Shown piece after piece: positions 23,586 through 35,330 of a stretch of DNA of 63,982 bases (its first letter is position 1; each line of letters starts with the position of its first letter). This DNA is from Sphyrna mokarran (lineage: Eukaryota). A model generated the notes under the pieces. The model worked only from the letters and a program-made list of their open reading frames with translations, was not told where the DNA came from and ran no database searches. The position numbers and the translations under genes were made by a program. The stretch lies in the NCBI GenBank assembly GCA_024679065.1, contig JAGIQG010000040.1, positions 6,882,019 to 6,946,000 on the forward strand. The letters run 5' to 3'.

Positions 23586-26500
23586 TTTTAATAAACTCAT
23601 GGAGTGCCTTGTTCGAGTCTTTACGTCGCTCGTCGATGGTTTTGACTACCTCTAGTGGAACCACAGTTAAGGGTCCACTTGATCTTGGTTGAGGAAAGTG
23701 ACCTAATGTCTTAGCTAAAGATAGAATAGTTAGAGTCTACAGTCATTCTTGATCTAATTGGGCCTACTGATGAGCCAGGTTGTCGGTACCGAGTGCACGA
23801 AAGCCTCCACACAAAGAGGGTGGAAATTTAAAGGTTTACACATGTGCCGAATTAAGGGAGATCCAATTAAGGGATAATTTATTGTTGGCAATCAGCTTAA
23901 CAAGTACGTTTTTGGGATGTGGGAGGAAACCGGAGTGCCTGGGGAAAACCCACGCGCATGCGGGAATAATGCACAAACTCCCACAGACACTGACCCAAGA
24001 CGGGAATCCGTCCTGGATCTCCGTATCTAGCAGTGCTAGTCACTGAGCTGACGTGTTGCCCGTTGACTAGTCCAGAGTAGCACACACTAATGGACGTGAA
24101 GTACTGGGCAACTCTCGAATCGCCACCCAAGAGCCACCAAGCACGACCCACCAAGTGCACGCCCCTTGTTGACTAACAAAGTGAACTGAAGCACCTGTAG
24201 ATGGAAAAGGTGGCGTCAACGAACAGATATTTACAAACACAGACAGTACAGACACTTAGACAGGTAAGAGTCCACCATATAAGTCCACATGGCCTCCTGG
24301 TGGGCTATAAGCCCTGTGGTCTGACAAGTGGTCAGCTTGTTCTCCGGTCTCAGTTGTCTCTCACCTGTCGTTAAAGATCCCCAGTAGCTCCAACGTGAGT
24401 GACAGGGTGAGCCTTGAAATTTGTTGGCGCACGATTGGAATCTCTTTATCCCCAGGAACGACATGAGGCTGATGTTCTTTTCTATCCATTTGCCCCTGGC
24501 TCCAACAACAAATCCAAAGAATTGGGGATTCAGGCATCCAGTTAACTTTTCAATTTCCGGTCCGAGGTGCTGGTACATCTGGCATTTTTCCACCCGCGCC
24601 TTTTCCAGACTGCCGCAATTGTCCTCAAAACGAGCCGTCACACCCACCACTGCCACCCGTTGGTCTTTCTCCCTCTTGAACACGATGTCCGGCTTCCAGA
24701 GGATGCCGTCCTTGGTGATAATTCGTGGCTCCAGGTAGGACGTCCAGCCGTATTTTCCGATATAATTGCACAGCTGCTCCAGGATTCTATTGTAGCGCTT
24801 GATTCTGCTGTTCTTAACGAGTGAGCAAAAGCCAGAAATGTGTCCGAGAGTTTCTATACCCGCTTCACGCCCTCGGCAGGTCTTTATGGCGAAGGTGCTC
24901 CCCCTTGATAGGGTTACCCTTGTGGGATACAGATTGCATCTGAGTAATAGGTTATTGATGAAGCAATGAGATTTCAGCTGGTATGCAACCTTCATCCAAC
25001 TGTTTGAAATCTTGTCATTATTGTAGTAATGAACTCCCAGACCTTGGGAGGTTAGCTGCTTCCACTTACAGGATTCCCATTCCCTCCACCCTGCATACTT
25101 GTTCACCGGTTTTTTGGGATCTGTCTCTTCCGCACCCAGCATTGGTATAGCGACTCTGATCATGTTCAATGACTCCGTGTCGTCATTGCTGCTCTCTCCG
25201 GCCGTTGGCATGAAGTCCTCGATTTCCGTCAACGCATTGAGAGATCTCAGTTCTTCTATGTTATCGCCAATATTCTGTTTGCAGAACTGGAAAGAGGCGC
25301 GAATGACTCTGTCATTTGAGGCAAACAGTGATTCCCATTTTCGGATTATTGCCGATGGAATTTGAATCTCGAGCTTGGGAATTCCAAGACCTCCATTCTG
25401 AACCCGTGAATCGAGGATGCCGTCGGTTGTATGGGTGGAAGATGCAGGAACTGCTTGACAGCATTACAGATTATTTGGTCCAGTTTAATCAGCGTGTTTT
25501 GAGACGTTTCGGACAGGATCATTTGAAAATATAGTCTCAGGATGACATGGACTGTCAGTAACTCCACGCGTTGTCTTTGCCAAAGAGCTGCTGCCTGTAA
25601 GCTGGAAATCCAGGCCTTCAGTCTCTCCTCCCACGCACCTTCTTCTACGCAGCCCAAGGATCTATCCGGGCTCCCAGATATTTTTCAGTCTCTCCTGGGG
25701 AGGGGGTGGCGGGTAGGAGGGATGTATGCAATACCTTCCTTCCGAATCTGCCAGCTTTTGCACTGATTGTATAGGAAGGTCTTCCTCTTATAGGTAAAGT
25801 GGAAGCGTTTGATCTTGCTGGTGTTAACAGCCAAACCTGTCCAGTCGCAAAAGGACTGGAGAATCTTCAGGTTCCGGGTCATCCCGATGTACGAATCGCT
25901 AAGAAGGGCGATGTCATCCGCAAATGCAGGAGCTGAACTGTTGACTCTTGCTCCGTCTAGCGTCATGCTGACACCAGATCTCCCTTCTTCGAGACTACAT
26001 ATCAACGGGTCCATTGCAATGTTGGAAAGTTTAGGCGAGAGGGCGTCTCCCCATTTGACACCTCTCTCGATGTTTATTGGGGCAGTCTTGGACTTATTGC
26101 CCTCGACCAACGTTGTGTTGCCCCAGTGTGGAGGTCCTGAATAAGCTCTATAAAGGCTTTTGGGAGGTTTACTCTCTGCAATGATTTAATTAACAGTTTG
26201 TGGCCAACAGAGTCGAACGTCTTCGCCAGGTCAACAAAAACAAGGGCGAGGTCTTATGGTTTTCCTTTGCTCCCTTCATTATATTTTGCAACATTGCGAT
26301 GTTCTCGTTGCATCCGGGAGTCGCTGCTAAAAACGCTTTCTGACGTGGGTTTATTGCGACTGTCTCACTCAGTCTCTTCGCCATGATCTTGGTAAAGAGG
26401 CACAGCAGCATTGGACCGATTGTTTTTGGACGCCAGTTGTCAATGTTCTTGAGGCATTCCTTGTCCTCACACTTCGGAATCAGGACCTTTCGGCTCTGCT

Positions 26501-28411
26501 TCATGCAGTTTGGGATTGTTTTTGAAGCCAGCCACAAGGTGAAGAGGCGAGGCATACAGGTCTCATATGCCTCGTGGATATCATGGATGACCTCCAACTT
26601 CTGACCATCCGGACCGGGCGCACTAGCCCCTTTGATATTCTTGATCGCTTGGGTAACCCCATCAACGGTGATCGGCTCCATCGACTCACCGTTATCTGTT
26701 TTCCCGTTATAAGGTGTGAATTTGCTTATGTTTGATTTGTTATTTTGATTGGAGAGTTTCTGTCGAAAGCTGGCCTCCAGTTCCGCTGCTGATAACGGAC
26801 ATGTCATTTGTGAAGGCGCTCCCAGGATTTGACGAGCAAGTTGGCGCCTGTTGTTATTATAGAGCAGTTGAGTTGCTCTTAAAACTGATTTGTGCTTTGC
26901 CCATCGTTTTCTCGCCCGCTGTTAACGTCCTGCCTGGGCTTCCGGTTGTCTTTCTTAAGTACCTTCGCCTTCGGACCTTCCTTTCTCTGCCTGTCTGTCA
27001 CACGCCCATCAGAAGTCAGAAATGTTCTCGAATATACCCACTGCTAAGGCAAGATTGTCAGGATTATTCTTCGCATTTAGGAGCTCCTCAGCCTGGATCA
27101 GGTGTTCATCCACATCCCTATGCTTAGGGATTTCGGCTGGGGGTCGACAGGTAATACTTACGTGCGGGATTTGGTCTCAGACATCTGCCCCTTCCGACTC
27201 CTGGTCTTGTTCGGAGTCCGGGTATCCAGCATTAACTGCCTGTGCTGCAGTGTTTGCCATTTTGCGTGCATTTGCAAGTAACCTGCGCTTATCGGACATT
27301 TGCTTGGCTGTTTTAGATGTTAAAACAATACCAATCTCTTTATTGATAAACCGGGTACCGGCGAAACTCTTTTCAAGCTCTTCAAGGAGTCATTCCTCCA
27401 TACACTCTTGTGTTTACCCCGTTTGGTTGAGGTTTTGGGCAGTGCTTTCTCCGCGCGTTTCTCATTGCGGAGAATTGGACGACGGTGTCTTTCGTGTTGG
27501 CTGAGTCCACTCTGTTGTAAATGCCAGTTCACAGGCGCTGCACCGAAACTGCCTGACTGTCAAGGATCGATTCTCGCCCTGACATTTCGCGTAGTGGCAG
27601 GCAATAGAGTGGAACTCCCCAGACTTACCGCATCGAGAACATTCGGTCTTAATGTTCTTGGTCTTATGCACTGTTTTAAGGTGGTCTCTAAACGCACTAA
27701 CCATGGGGAGTATGGAATTACAGGGCTTGCAATACAACGCATCAGTGGGATAGTGGATCACCAACTCCTTAATCTCTGAGCGGTCTTCAGATGGTTCATT
27801 TATTACAGTCTCGATGAAGGTACCCTCCTCCTGGGCACCTCCATCGTTTGCGGTATTGGCGATGTTAGCCAAAGTCCCCTTCCCATATTTTGGGCTTGGT
27901 ACGCCTTGCTATAGAAGGTACAAATAGTTATGTCTACCTCTTCGGCTGGATGGGCCGTCCAGACCGACTCTTCTACAAATGGCTCTTTGTCTGAAACTAT
28001 TGGGGTGATAAGTTCCTCTGGTTTGGGACCCGAGTCTACCACCCAATAGTGCCTAGCGGTTTGTTTGTGTCTCAAGATCAGCTCTTCCGTCTGGGTCGAG
28101 AATGATCTTGCATCCGATTTAGTTATTTTGTAACCTAGCTTTTTTTTAAACTTATCACAGAGAGCGGTTACAGACTCGTCTCGGGGTTGTTGTTTGTCCG
28201 GTTATCAACCCACTCGGTCTCCTGCTTTTTAGGCAGATTAGTCATTCCTTTCGCCGATCTCGCCAGATCACCCATATCGTGGTTTTTCGAATTGGTCATT
28301 TAGTCCCTTGGTCGAAATCTACCAAGGTTAGCAGCGGGGCCCCGAGGAGACAGAACCAACGCTATGATAACCAAAATCACGCAAAACGATCACAACGGCA
28401 ACTCCCGCCGT
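23586..28411 (-). mobile_element. Full-length but decayed R2 (R2-A type) non-LTR retrotransposon outside rDNA
   Basis: N-terminal CCHH (CKPC..HLKTVH), CCHC (CSRC..HYAKC) and a third finger (FRCSAC). Myb-like FINKEI..KTAKQMSDKRR. RT motifs APGPDG, WRPKTIG, GVKWGDALSP, AFADD. CCHC knuckle (CRG..ETLGHISGFC) and RLE motifs KRYN, KPDIV, EKCQMY. Stop at 24361-24363 (..LLGIFNDR*). Many frameshifts and stops. Confidence 0.92.
28292..28409 (-). ncRNA. HDV-like ribozyme at the R2 5' end (slightly decayed)
   Basis: On the minus strand: P1 GGCGGG/CCCGCT, P2 TTGGTTCT/ATGACCAA (1 mismatch), P3 GTC/GGC with L3 TCCTCGG, P4 CCTTGGT/ACCAAGG, J4/2 GACTAA with putative catalytic C at 28303. P1.1 reads GC rather than GG. 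Confidence 0.78.
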
Positions 28412-28849
28412 GCCATTGTCCCGCCATGCCCTTGTAATGCGAAACATCTGTTCAAAATATTCACAGCTCTCATATTAAAATGTTTTATTTCGTTGCTGCT
28501 GCACTGACTATATCTTAACAGCTGGATTAATGAAGAGATTGCTTTCTTCTATGTTTTCCTGCAGGTGCCAATGCTACTTCAAAGTGCGTTCGTCGTTACT
28601 TCCCCTTATATGATTCTCTGAAAAATAGGTTGTGAATTTTTTTACTTCACGATGTTATCTTCAATATGCAGTGATGTTACTTCACACCACTGAGACAACC
28701 TGCCATGAGAAACTCGTGTTTCTTTTCGCAGAAACACCAGTCAATTTGACTACCAACTTCCTCAGGCATTTCATTTTTACACTTTACGATTTCATTTGTT
28801 TTTTAAATGAATTCCTCAAAGTGCTATGCATAAGCACTCGGCAACAACA

Positions 28850-29830
28850 GACCAAGTTCTGCAAAGAGATCTGAAAATGCAGTTTGCATATTGAGCTACA
28901 CTGGAGCTTCTCATGGGGGGAACATTGCAGAAAGCCAAGGACAGACATAGGAGCATGGGACCCAGATCGTGTGTTAAAATGGCAAGCAACCGGATGGTCA
29001 GGGTCCTGATTTCACACAGACTGAAGGTGCACAGCAAAGAGATCACCCAGTCTATGTTTGGTGTCTCCGAAATAGAAGAGACTACATTGGGAGCAGGAAT
29101 GCAATGCAGCAAATTGAAAAAAAACTGGAAGTGAAATGCTGCTTAACCTGGAAAAAAGTGTCGGGCAGCAAGGTAACACAATGGTTAGCATTGCTGCTTC
29201 ACAGCTTCAGGGACCTAGATTCACTTCCCCGCTTGGAGTCTGTGTGGAGTTTGCACATTCTCCTCGCGTCTGCGTGGGTTTCCTCCGGATGCTCCGGCTT
29301 CCTCCCACAGTCCAAAGACGTGCGGGTTACGTTGATTGGCCATGCTAAATTGACCGTAGATGCGCAGATTAGAGAGGATTAGTGGGAAAAATATGTACGG
29401 ATTGGGTGTCGGGCTTGGGTGGATTGCGGTCGTTGCAGACTTGATGCGCCGAAGGACCTCATTCTGTACTGTAGGGTTTCTATGATTCTATGACCTTGGG
29501 TGGAAAGCATGGAAGAAGTAAAGGTGCACATGTTACACCTTCTGCGATTGCACTGTAAGGTGCCATGAGAGACGGGAGTGGTGCTCGGTATAGTGGAGAA
29601 GTGGACAAGGTTATCCCGGAGGAAGAGGTCTCTCTGAAATGCTGACAGAGGAAGTGAAGGGATGATATGTTCGGTGGCGATATCACACTGGAGTTGGCGA
29701 AAATGGTAGAGGGTTACGCTTTGCATGTGCAGGCTGGTGCGGTGAAATTTAAAAACACATGGGACTCCATCTTTTTTCTAGGAGAGAAGGAAGGGCGAGA
29801 GGGTCATGGCGTGGGAGAACATAAATGGTC
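28850..29830 (-). mobile_element. Penelope-like element remnant with a nested + strand HE1 SINE (~29163-29492)
   Basis: ORF 29379-29726 (PLSAFQRDLFLRDNLVH...CNRRRCNMC) resembles the PLE RT-to-GIY-YIG linker of the 38235-39002 ORF. SINE core ctccggcttcctcccacagtccaaaga. Confidence 0.7.
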
Positions 29831-30310
29831 ACTGACAAAAGTAAAGATGGCGTTGCATTAAATTGTCAAAAGACCATGAAAAACATTTCAATAATGCAGA
29901 CGCATTCAGCTTGTACATAAAGGAATGCCGCGTTCTGTGTATGGAAACATCTTTGAGGATATATAGTTCTGCGGGTAAGAATAGTAAGTCAGAATAACAC
30001 AGACACGGCAATGTTATGTGTAGATAGCCAGGTAGCAGATTGCTTCAAATCCAGCAGTTGGCCAAACATAGGAAAAGGGTTGAGTTTTTTTCAGACCAAC
30101 AGATATTCAGTAAGCAAAAAATGGTGAATCACACCAAATTTGAAATTGCATGTTCAAATCATATCAAATCCAGATAGACAGCACCAGGTGTGCTAACAAG
30201 CAATCCCTTATTCGAAGAATCATCAGATTTCCTCCCCCCCCCCCGAAACATTCTAAATTAGTGTTGTATTTATAAAAGTGAAATCATACAATTCAATTTT
30301 TATTTATAAG

Positions 30311-30319
30311 GTTAAGAAG
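30311..30319 (+). CDS. IgW: Possible 9-nt cytoplasmic micro-exon (VKK), TM3, with non-canonical GC donor
   Basis: ttcaatttttatttataag|GTTAAGAAG|gcacat. Phase 0 and basic residues like its neighbours, but the donor is weak. Confidence 0.35.
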
Positions 30320-30540
30320 GCACATGACTTAGTGAGATTTTCTCTTCTTCGGATTACAATTGTTGATTGATAATGATAGGTGGCCGAATCCAGAATCTTC
30401 TTCATCTTTCACTACCATAATACCTAATATATTTATTATTGTTGTGTCTGTACTTTCTGGATTGTTTCCTTGGATTGAATATCATCTGTCTCCTTAAATA
30501 ACTCACGTGGTTTAAATGCAATTTTTTTCCCCCACTACAG

Positions 30541-30549
30541 GTGAAATAG
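30541..30549 (+). CDS. IgW: Terminal membrane exon coding part (VK-stop), followed by 3' UTR
   Basis: atttttttcccccactacag|GTG AAA TAG, the canonical terminal Ig heavy-chain membrane exon. AATAAA candidates at 31085, 31730 and 32215. Confidence 0.85.
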   Translation: MK

Positions 30550-32336
30550 CAGTTGTTTGGCTTGAAGAGACTCCTGGCACATATTCAAAGGGAACTTCTC
30601 TTTAATTCTGAACCCTGCTTGTTTCAAATTGTCTCACCCTATTAGAAGTATCAGAAGTATCGCTGCTCCACAGCGATCCATCATCATTTGTTTCTATCTA
30701 TTCTCATCCAACTTGTTTGCTTCATTTTCTTTAATTGGCTCACAATGTTTGGTTAATGTTTGGTTTCCCGAAACAAAACAGTGTTTCGGGAAAACAGTGT
30801 TTCGGAATTTTCGAAAATTCGGGAAAATTTCAATTGAGCCAATTGAAATTAATTGTAAATATATCACTGAATGATGCACTTAGTTGATTTTGCTTTTGAA
30901 ATAGAAGTTGCCTTGCTTAGCTCCTTTATGTGTTAAACTTTTCCTGTCAAATTGAATTGAAAAATGTGAAATGATTAATGTCCTTACCACATCCTGATCG
31001 CATCGACAAACCGTTGTTCTAGAACTTGATCTTGGATGAGCTGCATCTCGTCAGCTGCAACCGAAGGTCGAAGCATTCTCTGCGAATAAAAATACATTGG
31101 AGTAATCAACCAATGACATTCGTTGAGCAGATCGGAGATGGGATGAAAAAGAGGAATGCGTTTCTCTCTAATATTACCCTACTTTACAATCCTGTTTTGC
31201 AAGGAAATATTGTCTTTGTTTGGCTTTTTTTAAATATTGTTAACCTATCAGAGCATGGTTGAAAGAGAGACTGAGACATTTTGGAGAATTGTGTGCACAT
31301 AGCTCACATGCAGAACCCAGAGGAGCACAAAATTACGTCATAGCTTACCATGGGTACCTGCTGAGCATGCACAACTGTTTCTGACATACTGACAATACTC
31401 CACCGTTTCAGACACCGAATCGAACCAAAAGGCTGAAATGCCTCCTGATTAGCTGCTCATATTTCTGAAAGAACAGCAACTTAAATGCTGATTCTTGATT
31501 CAAGGCATGCTTCCGAATTCTTCAGGAACCTTGCTATGTTATGATGCTAATTTGTCTGGATATGAGCAAAATTATAACGCATTTTAAGAGTAACTGTTCT
31601 CAATAATGTAAACTAGAACCTGCAGCATATCCTATGAAGCATATACCCAAAACGATAGATTCTCTTCTGTATATAATTTTAGGCCCAAATCCTAACTTTT
31701 CATGTATTTATCAATTGTCATGTAAAATGAATAAACGTTATAAAAAGGGAATATTTTGTTTTTGCAGTGCAAATTTTGTGTATTCTGCACAACAGTTGGC
31801 CTTTATATTAGACAGAGTGACATTTACCTTAACTTTGCGGCTAATGATCGTTTGTTGATTTTACCTGAAATTTAATATTTGCACTGATTTGTCTAAGTGA
31901 AATGACAGAAATATTGGAAATTTTTGCCAATTGATGAACGTGTGAGTATTGCATATTCTTTTCAATCGTTGTTTTGCATTTTGATGTAGTATTTTTGAGT
32001 AGGAGCAATTTCTAGACTCTCGAAAGTTAAATGACGTAAAATGTAATGAAGTATGTGTTTCGCACTAGATTCCGTGTTTCTTTCCATTGAATATATCAGT
32101 TTATATCTAACCCGTGCTTTTCTGTTAAACATAGTTGAGGTATTTATGTGTTTCGATGATTAACTCAATGAATCTCATGCGTAGACATTTTAAATGCTGA
32201 AACATGAAAAAACAAATAAAGCTCCAATACATAAAGTTTCAGATAACAACGAACTTTGTAAGCCCCGTTCATTTGAAGAAGCCATTTAATGGACCAGTAC
32301 AACAACATGTTACATAAACGTTAGAATTAAATCTAT

Positions 32337-32683
32337 TAGAACATAGAACATAAAACATTACAGCACAGAACAGGCCCTTCGGCCTTCGATGTTGCGCCGA
32401 CCAATATAAAAAGCAATGCCCCTCCAAACTAAACCATTCCCTTCTCTTCCATATACTTATCAACTAACCACTTAAACGCCACCAAACTTGGCGCATCTAC
32501 AACTGCTGCAGTCAGGGCATTCCACTCCCGAACCACCCTTTGGTAAAGAACCTACCTCTGATATCCGTCCTATAACTATCACCCCTTAATTTAAAGCTGT
32601 GTCCCCTCGTGCTAGCTTTCTCTATCCTAGGAAAAAGGCTATCACTGTCCACCCTATCTAAACCTCTAATCATCTTATATGTT
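32337..32683 (-). mobile_element. Young CR1 3' fragment
   Basis: Closely matches 6068-6415 and the other young copies. Confidence 0.92.
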
Positions 32684-34019
32684 AGGAAGTATAATATTTA
32701 TTAAAACACACTTGATGACTTCGATGTCAAACTCACAAGTTGGAAAACAGAGAATCTTGCCAATATAGCAGCTGATCTGATATTAAAACTGTCACTTTCC
32801 TGTTCTGGAAGGTGTGGCCAATAGGGAGCAAGGGGCACGGCGTCACAGTGATTAGTACTGCTGCCTCACCGCGCCAGGGACACAGGTTCAATCCGGCCTC
32901 GAGTCACTGCTTGTGTGGAGTTTACACTTTCTTTCCAAGTCTGCGTGGGTTTCCTCTGTGTTTTTTGATAATTATTTTGATAAATTAACGATCTGATTTA
33001 TAAACTGCTTGCACTTTATATAAACCAAACGGTGCAAAAAGTCCATCGAGCATGCAGCGACAACAATCCCACCCAAGACTTAACACCGTAATCCCACGTG
33101 TTTAGCCTGCTAATGCCCCTGACACTAAGGGGTAATTTGGCATGACCAATTGACATAGCCTGTGCGTTTTTCTAATTTCGTAGACTTCAAATTATTAAAT
33201 ATGTTTTGCAGGAGCACAACATGAGACGAATGCACCAATTTGGAACAGGAATGTGAATGAAATTAGAATATCAGTGCAGTTGGGAAACATTAATTCGTTC
33301 ACTGGATGTGGCTACGTAGATCATCATTTATTGACCATGTCTAAATACCCTTTAAACAGTGGTGGCGGTCAACTTCATTGAATTGCTGTGGTCAGTGTGG
33401 TTCAAGCATAATCTCACTGATATTCGAAAAGCAGCTAGAAGGGTTTTGATTCACAACAACGAATGAAAGGCAAATTATTTGACAGACAGAAATGTGTGGG
33501 TTGCGGAACGGAAGATGCTGTGGTAGTGAACCTGTACGTTGTTGCAGTGTACATCTTGTCGTGGTGCACGTTGTTGACGTTGCCTGACGCTGATTGAGGG
33601 ATGAATGAATACAGTGGTGGAGAGAGTACCGATCCAGCGGTCACGATTTTCTGGATAATGTTGGGTTCACTGAATATTGTTGGAGCTGTGTTCACCAGGT
33701 AATTTACAAGTATTCCATCACACTCCTGAACTGCACTTGTAGATGATAGGGAATCCTAAGTTGATTTGTTGACAGCACAGCACACAGTCTATGACTTGAT
33801 ATTTCTGATAAGGTCCAATTGGCTGGCTCAGTTCAGTCGCAGTGCAAGAATGCATAAAACAGTTGATTACCAGACGAGAGGTGACGTCAACTGTACTTAG
33901 CATCGAAGTAGTATTTGGCAGAATATGACATGAAGGAGACATAGCAAAAGAGGAGACAATGGAAATTGGGGAGGGGGGCGGCTGTGTTGGTTCAAGTCTT
34001 CCTGGAAACAAGTAAGATG

Positions 34020-35330
34020 GTTATGGTGACTGATAGTCAATTATCTCAGCTCCAAGTCATCATCATAGCATTGCTCAGGTTATTGTCTCAGGCCAAGCTA
34101 TCTTCAGCTGTTCCATCAATGGCCGGCCATCCATCATGAGGTCAGAAGAGTGGGTGTTCGCTAATGATTGCACAATGTTCAGTATTATTAGTGGCTTCTC
34201 AGATACTGAAGCAGTCTATGTCCAAAAAGGGCAAAGCATGGAAATATCCAGGTTTAGGCGACAAGTTGTAATATTCACACTATTCAGATGGCAGGCAATA
34301 AAAATGTCCAACATGGGAGATCTAAACATTGACTTTTGGTACTCAATGCTATTACCATTGCTGAATTCCCCACTATCAAAATTCTTTTGCTTATCATTAA
34401 ACAGAAACTAAGCTGGATTAACCATATAAAATTTGTTGCTCACAGAGCAGGTAAAGGGCTAAGAATCCTGTGGTGAGTATCTCACATCCTGAATCCCCAA
34501 ACTTTGTCCACTATCCACAATGTACAAGTCCGAATTGTAATAGGATACTGTCCAGTTTCTTGGATGAGTGCACTTCCAACAAGAGTAAGTGAAATGATAT
34601 TATTCAGGAAGAATCAGCTCGCCAGATACCCCACCCACAAACATTGAACACCCTCACCACTGCCGAATCGTGCAAAAGATGTATACCATCCATAAGTTGC
34701 ACTGCAGAAAGTCACTCCGGTTTAATCTGCAGAACCTTGCAAATCCGTGTCGAATACCATCTGAAAGGGTATGAACAGCAGGGTGACACGGTGGCGCATT
34801 GGTTAGCACTGCTTCCTCACAATGTCAGGGACCTGTCAATTCCCGGCTTGGGCAACTTTGCACATTTGGATGGAGTTTGCACATTTTCCCTGTGTCTGGG
34901 TGTCCCGTTTCCTCCAACAGTTCAAAGATGTGCCGGTCCTGTGAATTGGCCGCACTAAGTTGTTCCCTGGTGTGAGAGGGATTAGCAGGTGAGATACATG
35001 GGTTTAAGGGGAGAGGGTTAGGATGGGATTATTGGGGACGGTGCATTGTCAATGGGACGAATGGCCTCATTTTGTATTGTAGGTTTTCCAAGTTACTTGG
35101 GAGCAGCAACACATGGTTCCTGTCTGAGTCAGTCACCATTCTGACGTGAAAAGATATTGTCGTCATCTTACTATTGCTGATTCAAAGTCCTGAAATTCAT
35201 CCCGAAGGGCACGATTGTGTAACTACATCTCAGGATCTGCAGCGGTTCAAGATTGCACCTGACGACCTGCTTTTCAACGGTACCTAAGAATTGATAATGA
35301 AGGGGGGCCTTGCTTTGACCACATCCCGCA
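34020..35330 (+). mobile_element. Old LINE (CR1/L2-like) RT remnant with nested HE1 SINE (~34778-35090)
   Basis: ORF 34136 VFANDCTMFS (degenerate FADD). SINE head acacggtggcgcattggttagcactgct. Confidence 0.6.

Noticed and set aside
23760-23825. Hammerhead-like CTGATGAG...GAAA in the R2 3' UTR (plus strand)
   Set aside because: Stems I and II do not pair and there is no proper UH cleavage triplet.
29127-29136. Perfect Ets-IRF composite motif GGAAGTGAAA in a TM intron
   Set aside because: Single 10-mer inside a decayed Penelope remnant with no supporting motif cluster.
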